NCBI GenBank assembly: GCA_951406725.2
Contig: OX597832.1
Coordinates: 22,196,001-22,260,000 of the forward strand
Length of the DNA: 64,000 bases
From: Octopus vulgaris
Lineage: Eukaryota
Reading direction: 5' to 3'
The notes below the pieces were generated by a model. It was given only the letters and a program-made list of their open reading frames with translations, made no database searches and was not told the DNA's origin. Made by a program: the position numbers and the translations under genes. Shown one piece after another: positions 43,223 to 54,925 of this stretch (within the stretch, counting starts at the first letter, position 1; each line of letters starts with the position of its first letter).

Positions 43223-43642
43223 CGGATCTTTTCGGTTTGACCGGCAGTTTTTAAAAATAATTTCCACGTAACTAAACACTTTTAAACTTCGTATACTGGT
43301 AGAATGTGTTTATAAAACATCTTTTTCTCTTGGCTTTATTGAGAAAATTCTATAGTTTGTAAGATATTTGTTGTTTTTTGTTCTTCAATTTCTGCAATTT
43401 CAACCAATGAATGACGTCTATTGAGGTGAAAACATTCTGTGCCGTGTGAATATGTTCCTCGTTTAAGAAACAGATTAGGTTTATTTACATTTCTGAAGAA
43501 AAAAAGATACCCTTCCCCCCACCCCTAACCCTAACCCTAAAACAGATCGAAATGCAATAGATCGATGCTAGGGTCATAATTATGGGTGACAATTTCATAT
43601 GACACCGCTAGAAAAAACTGCCGGTCAAACCGAAAAGATCCG
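43223..43642. mobile_element. MITE with ~29-bp TIRs, 6-bp TSD and internal (CCCTAA)3
   Basis: cggatcttttcggtttgaccggcagttttt ... aaaaactgccggtcaaaccgaaaagatccg. TSD acagat at 43217-43222 and 43643-43648. Confidence 0.88.
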
Positions 43643-43989
43643 ACAGATCGGTAGATAGACATATTAAGAAGCGGGAAGATTAACGAACAGACATTGTAAG
43701 TGTCGTCTGCTATAGCCTCGGGTCGACCAAAGTCTTGTGAGTGGATTTGGTAGACGGAAAATGAAAGAAACCCGTCGTATACGTTACTGCATATATATAT
43801 ATATATGTATATATTTCTATCAGTGTTTACCCAACAACAACGTGCTGTGAAACATCTTGCAGAAATTAGCATCAATAAACAGTGGTGTATTGTGAAACAG
43901 TTTACTGAAATTAGCATCAGTTAAGAGCAAACTGTTGCGAATCTTATTGCAGAAATTCGCATCAACCACCAGCGACATGTTGCGAATAA

Positions 43990-44383
43990 TCTAATCTATA
44001 TATAAAGCTGAAGTTGTCTGTGTATGGTAGGTTTGGTAGCCTTCAACTATCACTATCTCCTCCGAGACCCTGTGGCGCAAGTTGACCAAAATTGAGAGTA
44101 TGATAGAAAAAGGCTTGCTCTTCCTTCCGTAGAAGAAAAAAATTCAAATTGGACCATGTTAACATCAAAAATTATTTACATCAAAAAGGTGCTTTTTTTC
44201 TATGAAAATCCCTATTTTCTACGATTTTTTGACTGGTGTGTCGCAATTTTTCGGTGTATTTCAACCAGAAAAATGTTCATTTAAAGAGAATAACAAGCTA
44301 CATAATGCAAATTTTTTACTTTTCAAAAATTCCAATTCTAAAGGGTCGAAACAAACCCGAGCAACGCCGGGTGATACTGCTAG
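43990..44383 (+). mobile_element. Non-autonomous Helitron
   Basis: 5' a|TCTAATCTATATATAAAG, 3' hairpin cccgagcaacgccggg followed by CTAG|t. Confidence 0.8.
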
Positions 44384-45647
44384 TCTTTTTTAAATTAGCA
44401 TTCATCTCCAAGTCTGTTGTGAATCAAATCGTCTTGCTGAAATCGCATCAATCACTAATAACATGTCGAAAATCATCGTACTAAGATTAACATCAATCAC
44501 CAGCATTCTGTTACGAGACATTTTGCTGAAATTAGCAACAGTCGCAGGAGTGGCTGTGTGGTAAGTAGCTTGCTAACCAACCACATGGTTCCGGGTTCAG
44601 TCCCACTGCGTGGCATCTTGAGCAAGTGTCTTCTGCTATAGCCCCGGGCCGACCAATGCCTTGTGAGTGGATTTGGTAGACGGAAACTGAAAGAAGCCTG
44701 TCGTATATATGTATATATATGTGTGTGTGTTTGTGTGTCTGTGTTTGTTCCCCTAGCATTGCTTGACAACCGATGCTGGTGTGTTTACGTCCCCGTCACT
44801 TAGCGGTTCGGCAAAAAGAGACCGATAGAATAAGTACTGGGCTTACAAAAAGAATAAGTCCCGGAGTCGAGTTGCTCGACTAAAGGCGGTGCTCCAGCAT
44901 GGCCGCAGTCAAATGACTGAAACAAGAAAAAGAGTAAAAGAGTAGAGTCCTCAGCAAATTATACTCGTGAATTACAATACGTTTCTGCTGCTTACAACAA
45001 CGAAATGTGTTAGATTTTTTCCATGGTTTGTACTTGAGAGTACATGAAACATTTTTGCTTTCTGTTATATAATCCTGTTTTGGCTTCCTTCATACGACAC
45101 TAAGGAAAAATTAACTACAAAAGACCGCAAAAAGTAGTTCAACAAGTGATTATACAATTTTATTGCTCTTTTTTAAAATCTAGTTGCGAATGTTACACAA
45201 TGGCTTGCTCAGGGTGCACCACTTCCTGTATCCAATAGTTAGGACACCACTCTTTAATACGACCTCATAAACGATTATGACTCAACCAAAGTCAACTTGA
45301 TCTTTTCTTTCAGTTAAGAACCAGAAAATTTAGATTGAACTAGCTATAATGTCCTTTGGAGTCTTGTAGTCTCACCTGACATATGACAAATGCACGATTA
45401 GTCATTTGTTATTAATCTTGTAGATTATGATGCTTACAAAATGGCTAATCCAACAGGTATTAACAGGAGTATGTGCCATAGAACATATATTTATCCACGG
45501 CGAACAGAAGAGAATTTATCCTGAAACGCAAATATGTATGTATGTATATATGTATCGAAGCATGTTTATATCAACGTACATATGTAAGTGTGAACGTCTG
45601 CATGCAAATACTTTTGTAAGTATGTTTGTATGCATGTAAATAAGTAC

Positions 45648-45683
<36 letters not shown>

Positions 45684-45694
45684 AAATAAGCAAC

Positions 45695-46032
45695 AAGGAT
45701 ATCTAAGGTAGTGTAGTACAATCGTTTCATGCTACTTCATTTTATTAAACACTGTAAGTATTACATCAGTTTTAAAATGTCGAGCAATCTTCAGCTATAT
45801 ATAGAATTTTGTAATTAAACGGACAATGCACATTTTTATACTTATTTCATTTGCCAACTTTGAAATAAGTATAAAAATGAAATAAGTATAAAAATGTGCA
45901 TTGTCCATTTAATTAAAAAATTCTATATGTGACTGAAGATTGCTCAACATTTTAAAACTGATGTAATACTTACATTGTTTAATAAAATGAAGTAGCATGA
46001 AACGATTATACTACACTACCTTGGATATCCTT
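45695..46032. repeat. ~340-bp fold-back element in (TA)n with a long-stem-II hammerhead in each arm (45711-45800 -; 45928-46016 +)
   Basis: Arms of about 157 bp. UAG-CUGAAGA-u-UGCU-[~50-nt hairpin]-AGCA-u-GAAA-CGAUUG-UA-CUA. Confidence 0.82.
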
Positions 46033-46104
46033 TAATACCATACCAAATTCTGGTGCCTTTAACTTTTAAGTACCATATTCATCTTAATCTAAATTTTTAT
46101 GAAC

Positions 46105-46174
<70 letters not shown>

Positions 46175-46189
46175 ATTGTATATATCTAT

Positions 46190-46452
46190 GTTTCTTCTAT
46201 TTTTTACTTTTTATAAATCTTCCACTAAAGAGGGAGCTGGTTTCCAACAAAGATACAAGGCTCCATCTTTGGGATGTAGTCAACACAGACAAATTTACAT
46301 TTGGTACTTGAGAAAAGTCTTGCATATTTTCACTGTTCCACTCACAGATTGCACTTGTAATGTACAAATCAGCCGGTCGATTCCTCTTTCTGAAAATCCC
46401 AGTTTATCCAAATTCTCCTTTAAGCATTTACTAACAAAACCTAGTGCTTCAA
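46190..46452 (-). mobile_element. RLE-type non-LTR element 3' end next to (CATA)n; related 3' UTR at 10280-10392 +
   Basis: Minus strand encodes EALGFVSKCLKENLDKLGFSERGIDRLICTLQVQSVSGTVKICKTFLKYQM*. The UTR motif gcctt..atct..gtt.gaaaccagctc is shared with 10320-10350. Confidence 0.6.
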
Positions 46453-47007
46453 TGTATGTATGCATGTATGTATGTATGTATGTATGTATGTATGTATGTA
46501 TGTATGTATGTATGTATGTATGTATGTATGTATGTACGTACGTACGTACGTACGTACGTACGTATATATAGCGATCCTCTCATGTTTGAGCTGCTCGGTT
46601 TGAATAACAGCTAACTTCTGGTATAGGAACATCCCAACCAAAAACTCTAATGCACATATCAGTCTTTAACCAGTAACTATATTCGAGTAATCATTGGCAT
46701 GACGAAAGACTGAGAATCGAAAATTTGATTGACGAGTCAGAGCATTGTACGTACATTTGATTTAAATAGGAAAAAACATATATTCTATAAATTTCTTCCA
46801 GACTGTTCCTATTTTCCATCGATAAAAAACGTCACGCATCATAAAATGCTCAATTTATACATCTCGGATTATGTCATGCTGATGAATTCAAAAAAGAATG
46901 AAATAGTGCTATACACGATTACTCCTGACTAGAAATTTTACCAGCTTCGTAATGATCAAACAAAAAAATAAGTGAATATATTTATTCCATACTTCTTCAT
47001 CCTTATT

Positions 47008-47360
47008 ACTTGTACTTGTACTTGTGGCGACATTCACCCTGGGCGGGTTGAGTCGGCTTCTTCAACCATGGAAGAAGTTTCGTGGGAATATGTGGATTTC
47101 ACAAGCGGTCCCCAACAATCCCGAATGTAGAGACATCCTGTTTGCCGTAGATTGTCCGCAGACGCAGGGACAGAACGACCGAGGAGCCGCCGTTTGCCGA
47201 AACAGACACTCCGAGGATTTTCACAAGAAAATACCACTCGGTGTCAGACCAATCCGCCTTGGGTGGCCCTACCAGGAACCGAAGTTCCCGACGGCATCGC
47301 TCTGACACTACCCGTTGCCAGCGTCCCCACCACGGTGAGGAGGGGATGGACTTTGGGGAC
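47008..47360 (-). mobile_element. Full-length non-autonomous RTE-derived element with (CAAGTA)n tail and 12-bp TSD
   Basis: TSD ttcatccttatt (46996-47007) / ttcatcctcatt (47361-47372). 3' tail caagtacaagtacaagt. RTE-type 5' UTR motifs ccgtggtgggg and cctggtagggccacccaagg. Confidence 0.75.
47247..47360 (-). ncRNA. Candidate HDV-like ribozyme at the 5' end of the RTE-derived element
   Basis: P1 GUCCCC/GGGGAC. P3-L3 CC-UCACCGU-GG. P4 closed by UGGC/GCCA and containing GGGAAC-UUCG-GUUCCU. J4/2 CCCA. P2 CCAUCCCCU/AGGCGGAUUGG with bulges. Confidence 0.55.
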
Positions 47361-48995
47361 TTCATCCTCATTCCTTACTTTCTAATTCAAACTTCTAATC
47401 CAACCAAATACTTTGAAGAAATGATTATCTCCCTTGTATTAATTGTCCGCTAGGAGAGACGACATGTCATTTAAATTTGATTGAATTTAAAATTGATAAT
47501 CTATCAGAGAGTCAGTTTCAGTCTAATGCACATCTTCGATAACGTCTCACCTTCCATTGATTGATATAATATTTCTATCAATATTTTCTATACATGAGCA
47601 GACATGGCTGTAAGTTAAGAAACCTGTTTTGTGATTACGTGGTTCCAGGATCAGTCCCACTGTGCGGCACCCCGGGGCGATTATCTTCTGCTATAGCCCC
47701 GGACCGATCAATGCCTTGTGAGTGAATTTGGTAGACGGAAACCGGAAACTGTGCGAATGCTCCTTGTGTGTGCGTGTGTCTCAGTGTGTATGTGTGTTTG
47801 TGTGTGTATGTGTGTGCATGTGTGTGTGTCTATGTGAGTGTTTGTGTGTGTGTGTTCGTGTATGTGTGTATATATGTGTGTATATGTATGTGTGTGTTTG
47901 TATATATACATGTGCGTGTGTATATATATATGAGTGAGTGTATACATACATGCATGTGTATATTCATACATGTGTGTGTATACATACATGTGTGTGTATG
48001 TGTGTATACATATATATGTATGTGTTTGTATACATACATGTGTATGCTGTGTGTGTGTGTATGCTGTGTGTGTGTATGCTGTGTGTGTGTGTGTATGCTG
48101 TGTGTGTGTGTGTGTATGCTGTGTGTGTATGTGCATATGTATGTTTACATACATGCGTGTGTGCTCTGTGTGTGTCTTTGTTTTTATGTTTGCGTTTGTC
48201 CCTTCACCACTTGACAACCGGTTCAGCAAAACACCCCAACAGAAAATATCGCAGACTTAAAAAGTAAATCCTGGGTGTCGATTTGTTTGACCAAACCCTT
48301 AAAGCCGGTGCCCCAGCATGGCCGCAATCCAATGGTTGTCACAAATAACAGACAAAACATAAAAGATATCGAGTGTTCTTAAACAGACGCAATCTGCTGA
48401 ATTATTATCACAGCCTGAGTATTACATTTCACTCAACTTATCGATGCAGAGTATAATGAATGACTTACAGGAAACGTGTCTATTTAGCAATTCTTTTAGC
48501 GATTTTGTTTTGGTGAAATGTTCGCCTGCTTCCGAGTCTAGCTGCGAATTTATTTGTGTAAACTGAGCTGTGTATACGAACATCTCTTTTTAGATGGACC
48601 GTCTGTGCTATGCAAAACGCTTGATGATGTTTTCATATACTATGGCAATGGCGATGGCAATCACATCAGAGATATTATATATTTCAACAGGATATTTAAC
48701 ATGACCTTTCTGTAGACGCTATCGAATGTTTTGAAGGAATCTATATATACGCAGGCATGGATATGTGGTAAGAAGCTTGCTTCCCAACCACATGGTTGTT
48801 CTGGGTTCAGTCCCACTGCGTGGCACCTTGAGAAAGTGTCTTCTACTATAACCTCGGGCCAACCAAAGCTTTGTGAGTGGATTTGGTAGACGGAAACTGA
48901 AAGAAACTCGTAGTATATATATATATATACTCTTTACAGCTAGCACGGATTTTTGTAACGACATTTCGTATCCGAGACGGCAGATGTAAACAAGA

Positions 48996-49085
<90 letters not shown>

Positions 49086-49415
49086 CCCGGCTGTCTGTCT
49101 GTCTGTCTATCTTCCTCGAATCTTCACGTCTATCTTTCTCTCATTGTTTATCTATATACCACCTGTTTTATCTATATCATTCAGTCTAACTTATCTTTTA
49201 AGCTTTTTCAAGCTAAATTCCAATATAACAGACTGTACTGTGTGACTGCAAAAGACAATAAAATAAATATCAAACTTTACTTAATCGATGAAAAGATTAA
49301 CTGATTTTGAGCGACAGATAAATCAAACATTTTAAGCTTTTAAGTAATTTTTAAAAATTTCCGTATTATTTCATCCAATATGACACACAACTATCAAAAA
49401 GCGTTTATTAATATA

Positions 49416-50319
49416 TTAGCTGGCGTACCCGGTAATTCCTGGGTAAGCGGGGCTTATCCCTTGGTTTTGTTCTCATAATTGTTTCGTTAATCCAATAATA
49501 GCAATACAAAAGTATGTAGCCCTTAAAACGGTTTTTGTGCATTTACAGAAAATACCGAACTATCTTACATAGGATGTTGTTTTTAGGAATTCCCAATAAG
49601 TTATGAATACCCAAATTGTGATGTCAGTTATGTAATAACAGGAAATTAGTTACCCGATAGTAAGAATTCAAATAAAGTAGCCCCGAAAAGGGCTTTAATG
49701 CGTTCCCAGAGTATATAGAACACAGGCGGAAATACTAATAAGGTAGGTATACTAAAATCAGGAAGCATGTTGCGTAATAACAGACTAATCAGATATGAAA
49801 TAATAATAATTCAAAGTAAATAACTCTGAAAAAGGCTTTTGTGCGTTCTCATAGAATATTACCTTCATAGGTGCTAGTGTTGGTATATTCGTGAATAAAT
49901 CCCTAACCGAAATAAGTGGAAAATACTATTTACTTGTTTAAGGGTTGTACTGGATAAATTGCGAAAATAACTCTAACAGTTCAAATATTAAGAAACAAGT
50001 ATACTCAATTTCATTTTTTCAAATAATTTAGGGATATGAATGGGTTATATCCCTTGGCTATAGATAAGGATCACTTCTAGGGGCGAATGGGTTATTTCCC
50101 TTAGCTTTTAAAATAAAATATATTAGATATATATAAGGATCCCCTCCAGGGGCCCTGTTATCGATTTTTTTTCAACAATCTGAGTATGCCATGAGGTTTC
50201 CAGACATGAGTTCTACTCACGTATCAAGTTTTATCAAAATCGAAAGGATGATGTAGGAGTAGTTAGCTAACAACTCCACAAACACACCCACAGACAGAAT
50301 TTCCCACATATGTAGTAGA
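49416..50319 (-). mobile_element. Degenerate non-autonomous Helitron with internal tandem subrepeats
   Basis: Minus-strand 5' tctactacatatgtgggaaattctgtctgt, 3' hairpin cccagg aatta ccggg followed by gctaa (CTAG variant). Confidence 0.65.
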
Positions 50320-50322
50320 TAT

Positions 50323-51180
50323 ATGAGAGGAAGTCAAAACTTTTCCGCACTTTTGCCATAACATATCTTTATTATTGTCACACCGTCATCTGCACATGCG
50401 TACTTATAGTTGGTACTGTTGTGGTCACGTGATCGAAGTTTGAGCCAGATCGCACTTTTTTCTGGCTTTACATTGTAATCATTGCCGCTCCACTAGCAAT
50501 GTGCACCAAAGAAAAACAAAGAGCAGTGATTCGATCATGACAAAGAAAGTTGAGCAGAGAATCTGTAACAAGTTTTGCCAAAAGCTTGGCGATACCTGCT
50601 CAGATGCCTACGCAAAGTTTTCACAAGGTTTTCATCATTCTCGACACAATCAAGGAGATTTTGTGCAACTGAAACCCGAGTGTCTTTTTGGTCAGCTGAA
50701 AGCAGTTTTGGCACAAACTTGATAGACACGCGACTCATGCCTCATGGTTCACCATTACCATCTCTTGGCCTTGCTGAATATTCTCGTCGGTGGTGGATGT
50801 TGACGGGCGTCCTGTTTCCTCTTCGTGCGTCACGCTTGTCCGGTCACTTTTAAACTTTACCATCCACTCATACACCCTTCTACGCGATAATGTACTGTCC
50901 GCGTATTCTGTTAAAAGCCACCGATGAATTTCAGCACCTGACACACCTTCCGACCAGAGAAATCGGATCACTGCTCTTTGTTCTTCTTTGGAGCACATTG
51001 CTAGTGGAGCGGCCATGCTTACTCTGTAAAACCAGAAAGAAAAATGGCGCGATCAAGCTCAAACTTCAATCATGTGACCACAGTAGTACCAACTCTAAGC
51101 ACGCATGAGCAGAAGGTATTGTGACAATTATAAAGATATGCTATAGCGAAACTGCGAATAATTTTTGATTTCCACCCCCC

Positions 51181-51183
<3 letters not shown>
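50323..51183. mobile_element. Rearranged mariner relic: two left ends in inverted orientation with transposase fragments
   Basis: Arms of ~200 bp are inverted. Minus ORF EQRAVIRFL...AEIHR...VYEW..KFKSDRTSV...GRPSTS (mariner HTH) and KFVPKLLS..QK..RV. Plus fragment VEQRICNKFCQKLG. Confidence 0.82.
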
Positions 51184-51245
<62 letters not shown>

Positions 51246-51287
51246 GGGGGTGGTGGTATCAATTTTTCTCTTAAATATATTTATTTT

Positions 51288-51430
51288 TATTGAGGGCATT
51301 ACTATACATAAATGCCACACGCTGGGAGGGACTCTTAAAGTGAAAACTATCAAAATGTGTTTATTTATTTTGGTAGTTTTGACTTTAAGAGTCAATCCTA
51401 GCGTGTGGCATTTGTGTATAGTAATGCCCT

Positions 51431-51435
<5 letters not shown>
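51288..51435. repeat. 148-bp near-perfect palindrome (hairpin/MITE-like)
   Basis: tattgagggcattactatacataaatgccacacgct... / ...agcgtgtggcatttgtgtatagtaatgccctcaata. Confidence 0.9.
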
Positions 51436-51481
<46 letters not shown>

Positions 51482-51701
51482 AGAAAGGTTGCGTTCAATT
51501 GCAACATTTTTACTTTGTGGTGTGTCCAAAGTTAGATTTCTAATAAAGATTCTTCATATTAAATTTGTAGCATACTATTGCAAGTATTTTATTAAAAATA
51601 TGAAAATTTTACAAGTGTAAGGTGTGTTATGAGTATTTAAAACCATGTTAAGCATAAATTAAAATGTTATAAAAATTTTAACATCATCTCTTCTCCATCT
51701 T

Positions 51702-51759
<58 letters not shown>

Positions 51760-51891
51760 AAGCTGTGTTATGAGCACTTATAGAATACATTCTTATATAA
51801 ACTCAACAAACAATTGAAGATGTGACCTCGTGTGTACCGTTGGCGATTTTTTTCCTCTATCTTCCCTTCTCTTGATCTTTCCTTCTCCAAT

Positions 51892-51926
51892 GTTTCCGAC
51901 GAAGAGCTCCACTCGAAACGTTAAAC
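51892..51926 (+). ncRNA. Minimal hammerhead variant in a PLE pLTR fragment (about 51820-52030)
   Basis: GUUU-CCGACGA-A-GAG cucca CUC-GAAA-CG-UU-AAAC. Shares the downstream ttcctgagcg...taatac with the copy at 57819. Confidence 0.6.
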
Positions 51927-52023
51927 CTTCCTTCTTTCCTCCTTTCCTGAGCGTCCAATAATACTATATTTGTTCCACGTCCTCGCGTTGTTGTGTTTTT
52001 TTTGTGCTGTCATATTTGGATTA

Positions 52024-52085
<62 letters not shown>

Positions 52086-52122
52086 AAAAAAGGAGATGTC
52101 GAACACGAGTGGTGATATATAA

Positions 52123-53094
52123 AAAAGGAAATGAAGAAAATGCTGACAAATAATTGAAGTAATTTAAGTAATTTAATTAGGTGAAAGTTCTTTTTACCGG
52201 TTGCGCATTTGTTATGCTTATCAAAATATAAAAGAGAGATTAGAGTCTGTCTCTTATATGTGAAAAAAAGAGGCTCCAGAGTTGTTTGGGATTTGCTTGG
52301 TTTCGCACCTAAAATTTTGATTGGTCATTATGAAGGGGTCACGTGAATGTTTGAATGGAAGTTGGTGTTGGGGTAAGAAAAAAGGCTACAGAGAAGTTAA
52401 AATTTGGCTAGTGTCCCGCCTAAAATTTCTTATTGGCCATAATAAAGAGGTCACGTGAATGTTTAGAATTTTCGAAAATAGTGTTGTTGAAAATTCTTAT
52501 TGTTCAGGCTGGTCAGTAGACGTCATGTGGATATTTTAAATAGCTTTTTAGCGCGTAGTTAGGGAGTGTATTTTCCGCTTGACTGGATAAGTAAGTTCGT
52601 TTAGAACAGGGAGAGCTGTATGTATGTATGTGTGTGCGCGCGCGGGCGCGTGTGTGTGTTTATATGTATGTTGGGGCGCGCGCGCGTGTATATATGTGTG
52701 TGTGTGTGGGTACAATTTTCAATATTTATAGTTCTGCTGGCCTTGTGCCTGTATCGGGAAGCAACGTATTTGTGTGAAGTCAATATTTACAGCCATTTCC
52801 AAAAAATAGTGTTGGATGTTTTGCACCCGTATTCAATTATGTGTATGTGTGGAACCATATATTTGTGTGTGTCATGGTGTTAATATCTGGGTAAAGGTGT
52901 GTGTAGGGTGTGTGCAGGTGTAAGTGTGTTTGTTGTGGGTTCGTGTTAGGGGCATGTGTTTAGAAGTGGTCTGTATTTATTAATAAGGTGGGATTCCATG
53001 GTTATTCGCTGGGTATGAGTGGCATTGTCTTTAAATTTGTAGAGGGGAAAGATTCTAAAATTGGGATGGAGTTGTGCGGCACAGGTATCAATAT
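52123..53094 (-). repeat. Left inverted arm (3' end of ORF + pLTR) of the PLE
   Basis: Reverse complement of 54777-55743 with only a few substitutions and microsatellite slips. Junction at ...acaggtatcaatat|caactt. Confidence 0.95.
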
Positions 53095-54925
53095 CAACTT
53101 AGCACTCTCCACCTTGGAAAATGGAACATATTACGAAAAGGCTGAACACTACAATCAACAGAAAATTATGAGAAACTTAAAAACCCTGATCAACCCCCAC
53201 AAAGAAGAACTCACTAACAAAGAATTCAACTTCATCACAAATTTCACTAGTAAAACCAGCCTCTTCTACGGTATTCCCAAAATTCATAAAAGCGAATTAA
53301 TAAGTAAGGCATGCAAGGAAGCCACAAACTCTGTAATCAATGTCCCCTCACCAAATGACCTCAAATTGAGACCTATAATAGCAGGTCCCGCTTGCGAAAC
53401 CCACCGCCTTAGCAACTTCATTGATACCCTTCTCAAGCCGTTCCTCAAACACATTAAAAGCTACATAAGGGACGATCTAGATATGCTCAACCACCTCCCC
53501 AATACACTTCTTGCTGAACAAACCCTGCTAGTAACATTCGATGTAGTCAATCTTTACTCCAACATCCCCCACAACCTAGGAATAGAAGCTATCCAATTCT
53601 GGCTGGATAATTACTCCAACGAACTCCCACACCGCATCAAAAAGGAATTTATTTTAGAAGGACTCAAATTCATCTTAGAGAATAATTTCTTCACCTTCAA
53701 CAACAAATTCTACAGACAGAAATCAGGGACGGCAATGGGAACGAAAACAGCTCCCACTTACGCCAACTTAGTCATGGGATACCTGGAAATCACTCTCTAT
53801 AATAACGTTCTTAACCAATTTGGCACCACTCTCCACACACACATAGAGAAGAACTGGAAGAGATATCTTGATGACTGCTTCATCCTTTGGCCCGAAACCG
53901 TCGAGAAGCTTAACGAATTTCACACTCTTATAAATGGGCTCAACACAAACATTATTTTCACAATGGAATACAGCCCTCAACAAATTCCCTTCCTCGACAT
54001 CCTCATTAAAATTCACAACAAAAAAATAGAAACAGACATATACTACAAGCCCACAGACTCCAAGCAATACCTCCCTTTCAATTCATGCCACCCTAGACAC
54101 GTTAAAATTAACATTCCCTACAACTTAGCCAAGAGAATTTGCACTATAGTCTCCAATAAAAACACCCGTCTCTTACGTCTACAAGAACTCAAGGGCACAT
54201 TAACAAGCAGGGATTACCCCACGTCACTAATTGACAATGGGATCCAACGCGCCCTAAAACTCAGCACGCAGGAACTTAGACGCCCTAAACCTGTTACATC
54301 GAAACCCCATACTCTACCATACATCTCTACACACAACCCCCTCAACAATGAAGCTTTTGACACCATCCTCCAGAACATTCCTGTATTACAAAAGGACCAT
54401 AGAATGAACCAAATCCTCCTAACACACGAAATCATAAAGAGCAAAAGGCAACCCAAATCATTGAAAACCATCCTAACAAATGCCAAAGTACTGCCAACCA
54501 CAACAACTAAACCCACAGTAAACAAATGCAATAGACCCAACTGTGGTATATGCATCAACCTAATAGAAGGTCCGGAATTCCTTTTTAAACAAGGACAACG
54601 TTTCACAGTAAAACACAACTTCACATGCGCATCAGAAAACCTAGTATATGTCTTAACTTGCTCGGGCTGTAATGAACACTACATAGGCCAAACAAAAAAT
54701 AGCCTCCGCCAACGCATGACTGTCCACAGATCCCAAATAAAAATACAGGAATATAGAAAAATAGCATTTAGTGCACATATTGATACCTGTGCCGCACAAC
54801 TCCATCCCAATTTTAGAATCTTTCCCCTCTACAAATTTAAAGACAATGCCACTCATACCCAGCGAATAACCATGGAATCCCACCTTATTAATAAATACAG
54901 ACCACTTCTAAACACATGCCCCTAA
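52988..54925 (+). CDS. PLE polyprotein (reverse transcriptase + GIY-YIG endonuclease), N-terminally truncated; the first ~36 codons are antisense sequence from the inverted arm
   Basis: RT motifs FYGIPKIHK, LRPII, FDVVNLYSNIP, QKSGTAMG, RYLDDCF, PFLDI and YYKPT. Cys linker CNRPNCGIC. GIY-YIG motif LVYVLTC...YIGQT...RMTVHR, ending in PLLN. No stops from 53096 to 54925. Confidence 0.93.
   Translation: MGFHGYSLGMSGIVFKFVEGKDSKIGMELCGTGININLALSTLENGTYYEKAEHYNQQKIMRNLKTLINPHKEELTNKEFNFITNFTSKTSLFYGIPKIHKSELISKACKEATNSVINVPSPNDLKLRPIIAGPACETHRLSNFIDTLLKPFLKHIKSYIRDDLDMLNHLPNTLLAEQTLLVTFDVVNLYSNIPHNLGIEAIQFWLDNYSNELPHRIKKEFILEGLKFILENNFFTFNNKFYRQKSGTAMGTKTAPTYANLVMGYLEITLYNNVLNQFGTTLHTHIEKNWKRYLDDCFILWPETVEKLNEFHTLINGLNTNIIFTMEYSPQQIPFLDILIKIHNKKIETDIYYKPTDSKQYLPFNSCHPRHVKINIPYNLAKRICTIVSNKNTRLLRLQELKGTLTSRDYPTSLIDNGIQRALKLSTQELRRPKPVTSKPHTLPYISTHNPLNNEAFDTILQNIPVLQKDHRMNQILLTHEIIKSKRQPKSLKTILTNAKVLPTTTTKPTVNKCNRPNCGICINLIEGPEFLFKQGQRFTVKHNFTCASENLVYVLTCSGCNEHYIGQTKNSLRQRMTVHRSQIKIQEYRKIAFSAHIDTCAAQLHPNFRIFPLYKFKDNATHTQRITMESHLINKYRPLLNTCP

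Noticed and set aside
43520-43540. Telomere or chromosome-fusion site
   Set aside because: There are only three CCCTAA units, and they are internal to a TIR element.
47024-47453. Overlapping GC-rich ORFs on both strands
   Set aside because: They lie within a TSD-flanked non-coding retro-derived element and contain no recognisable protein motifs.
52988-53094. Apparent N-terminus shared by ORFs 52988(+) and 54883(-)
   Set aside because: It results from the inverted duplication and is antisense of the GIY-YIG C-terminus, not a real gene duplication.
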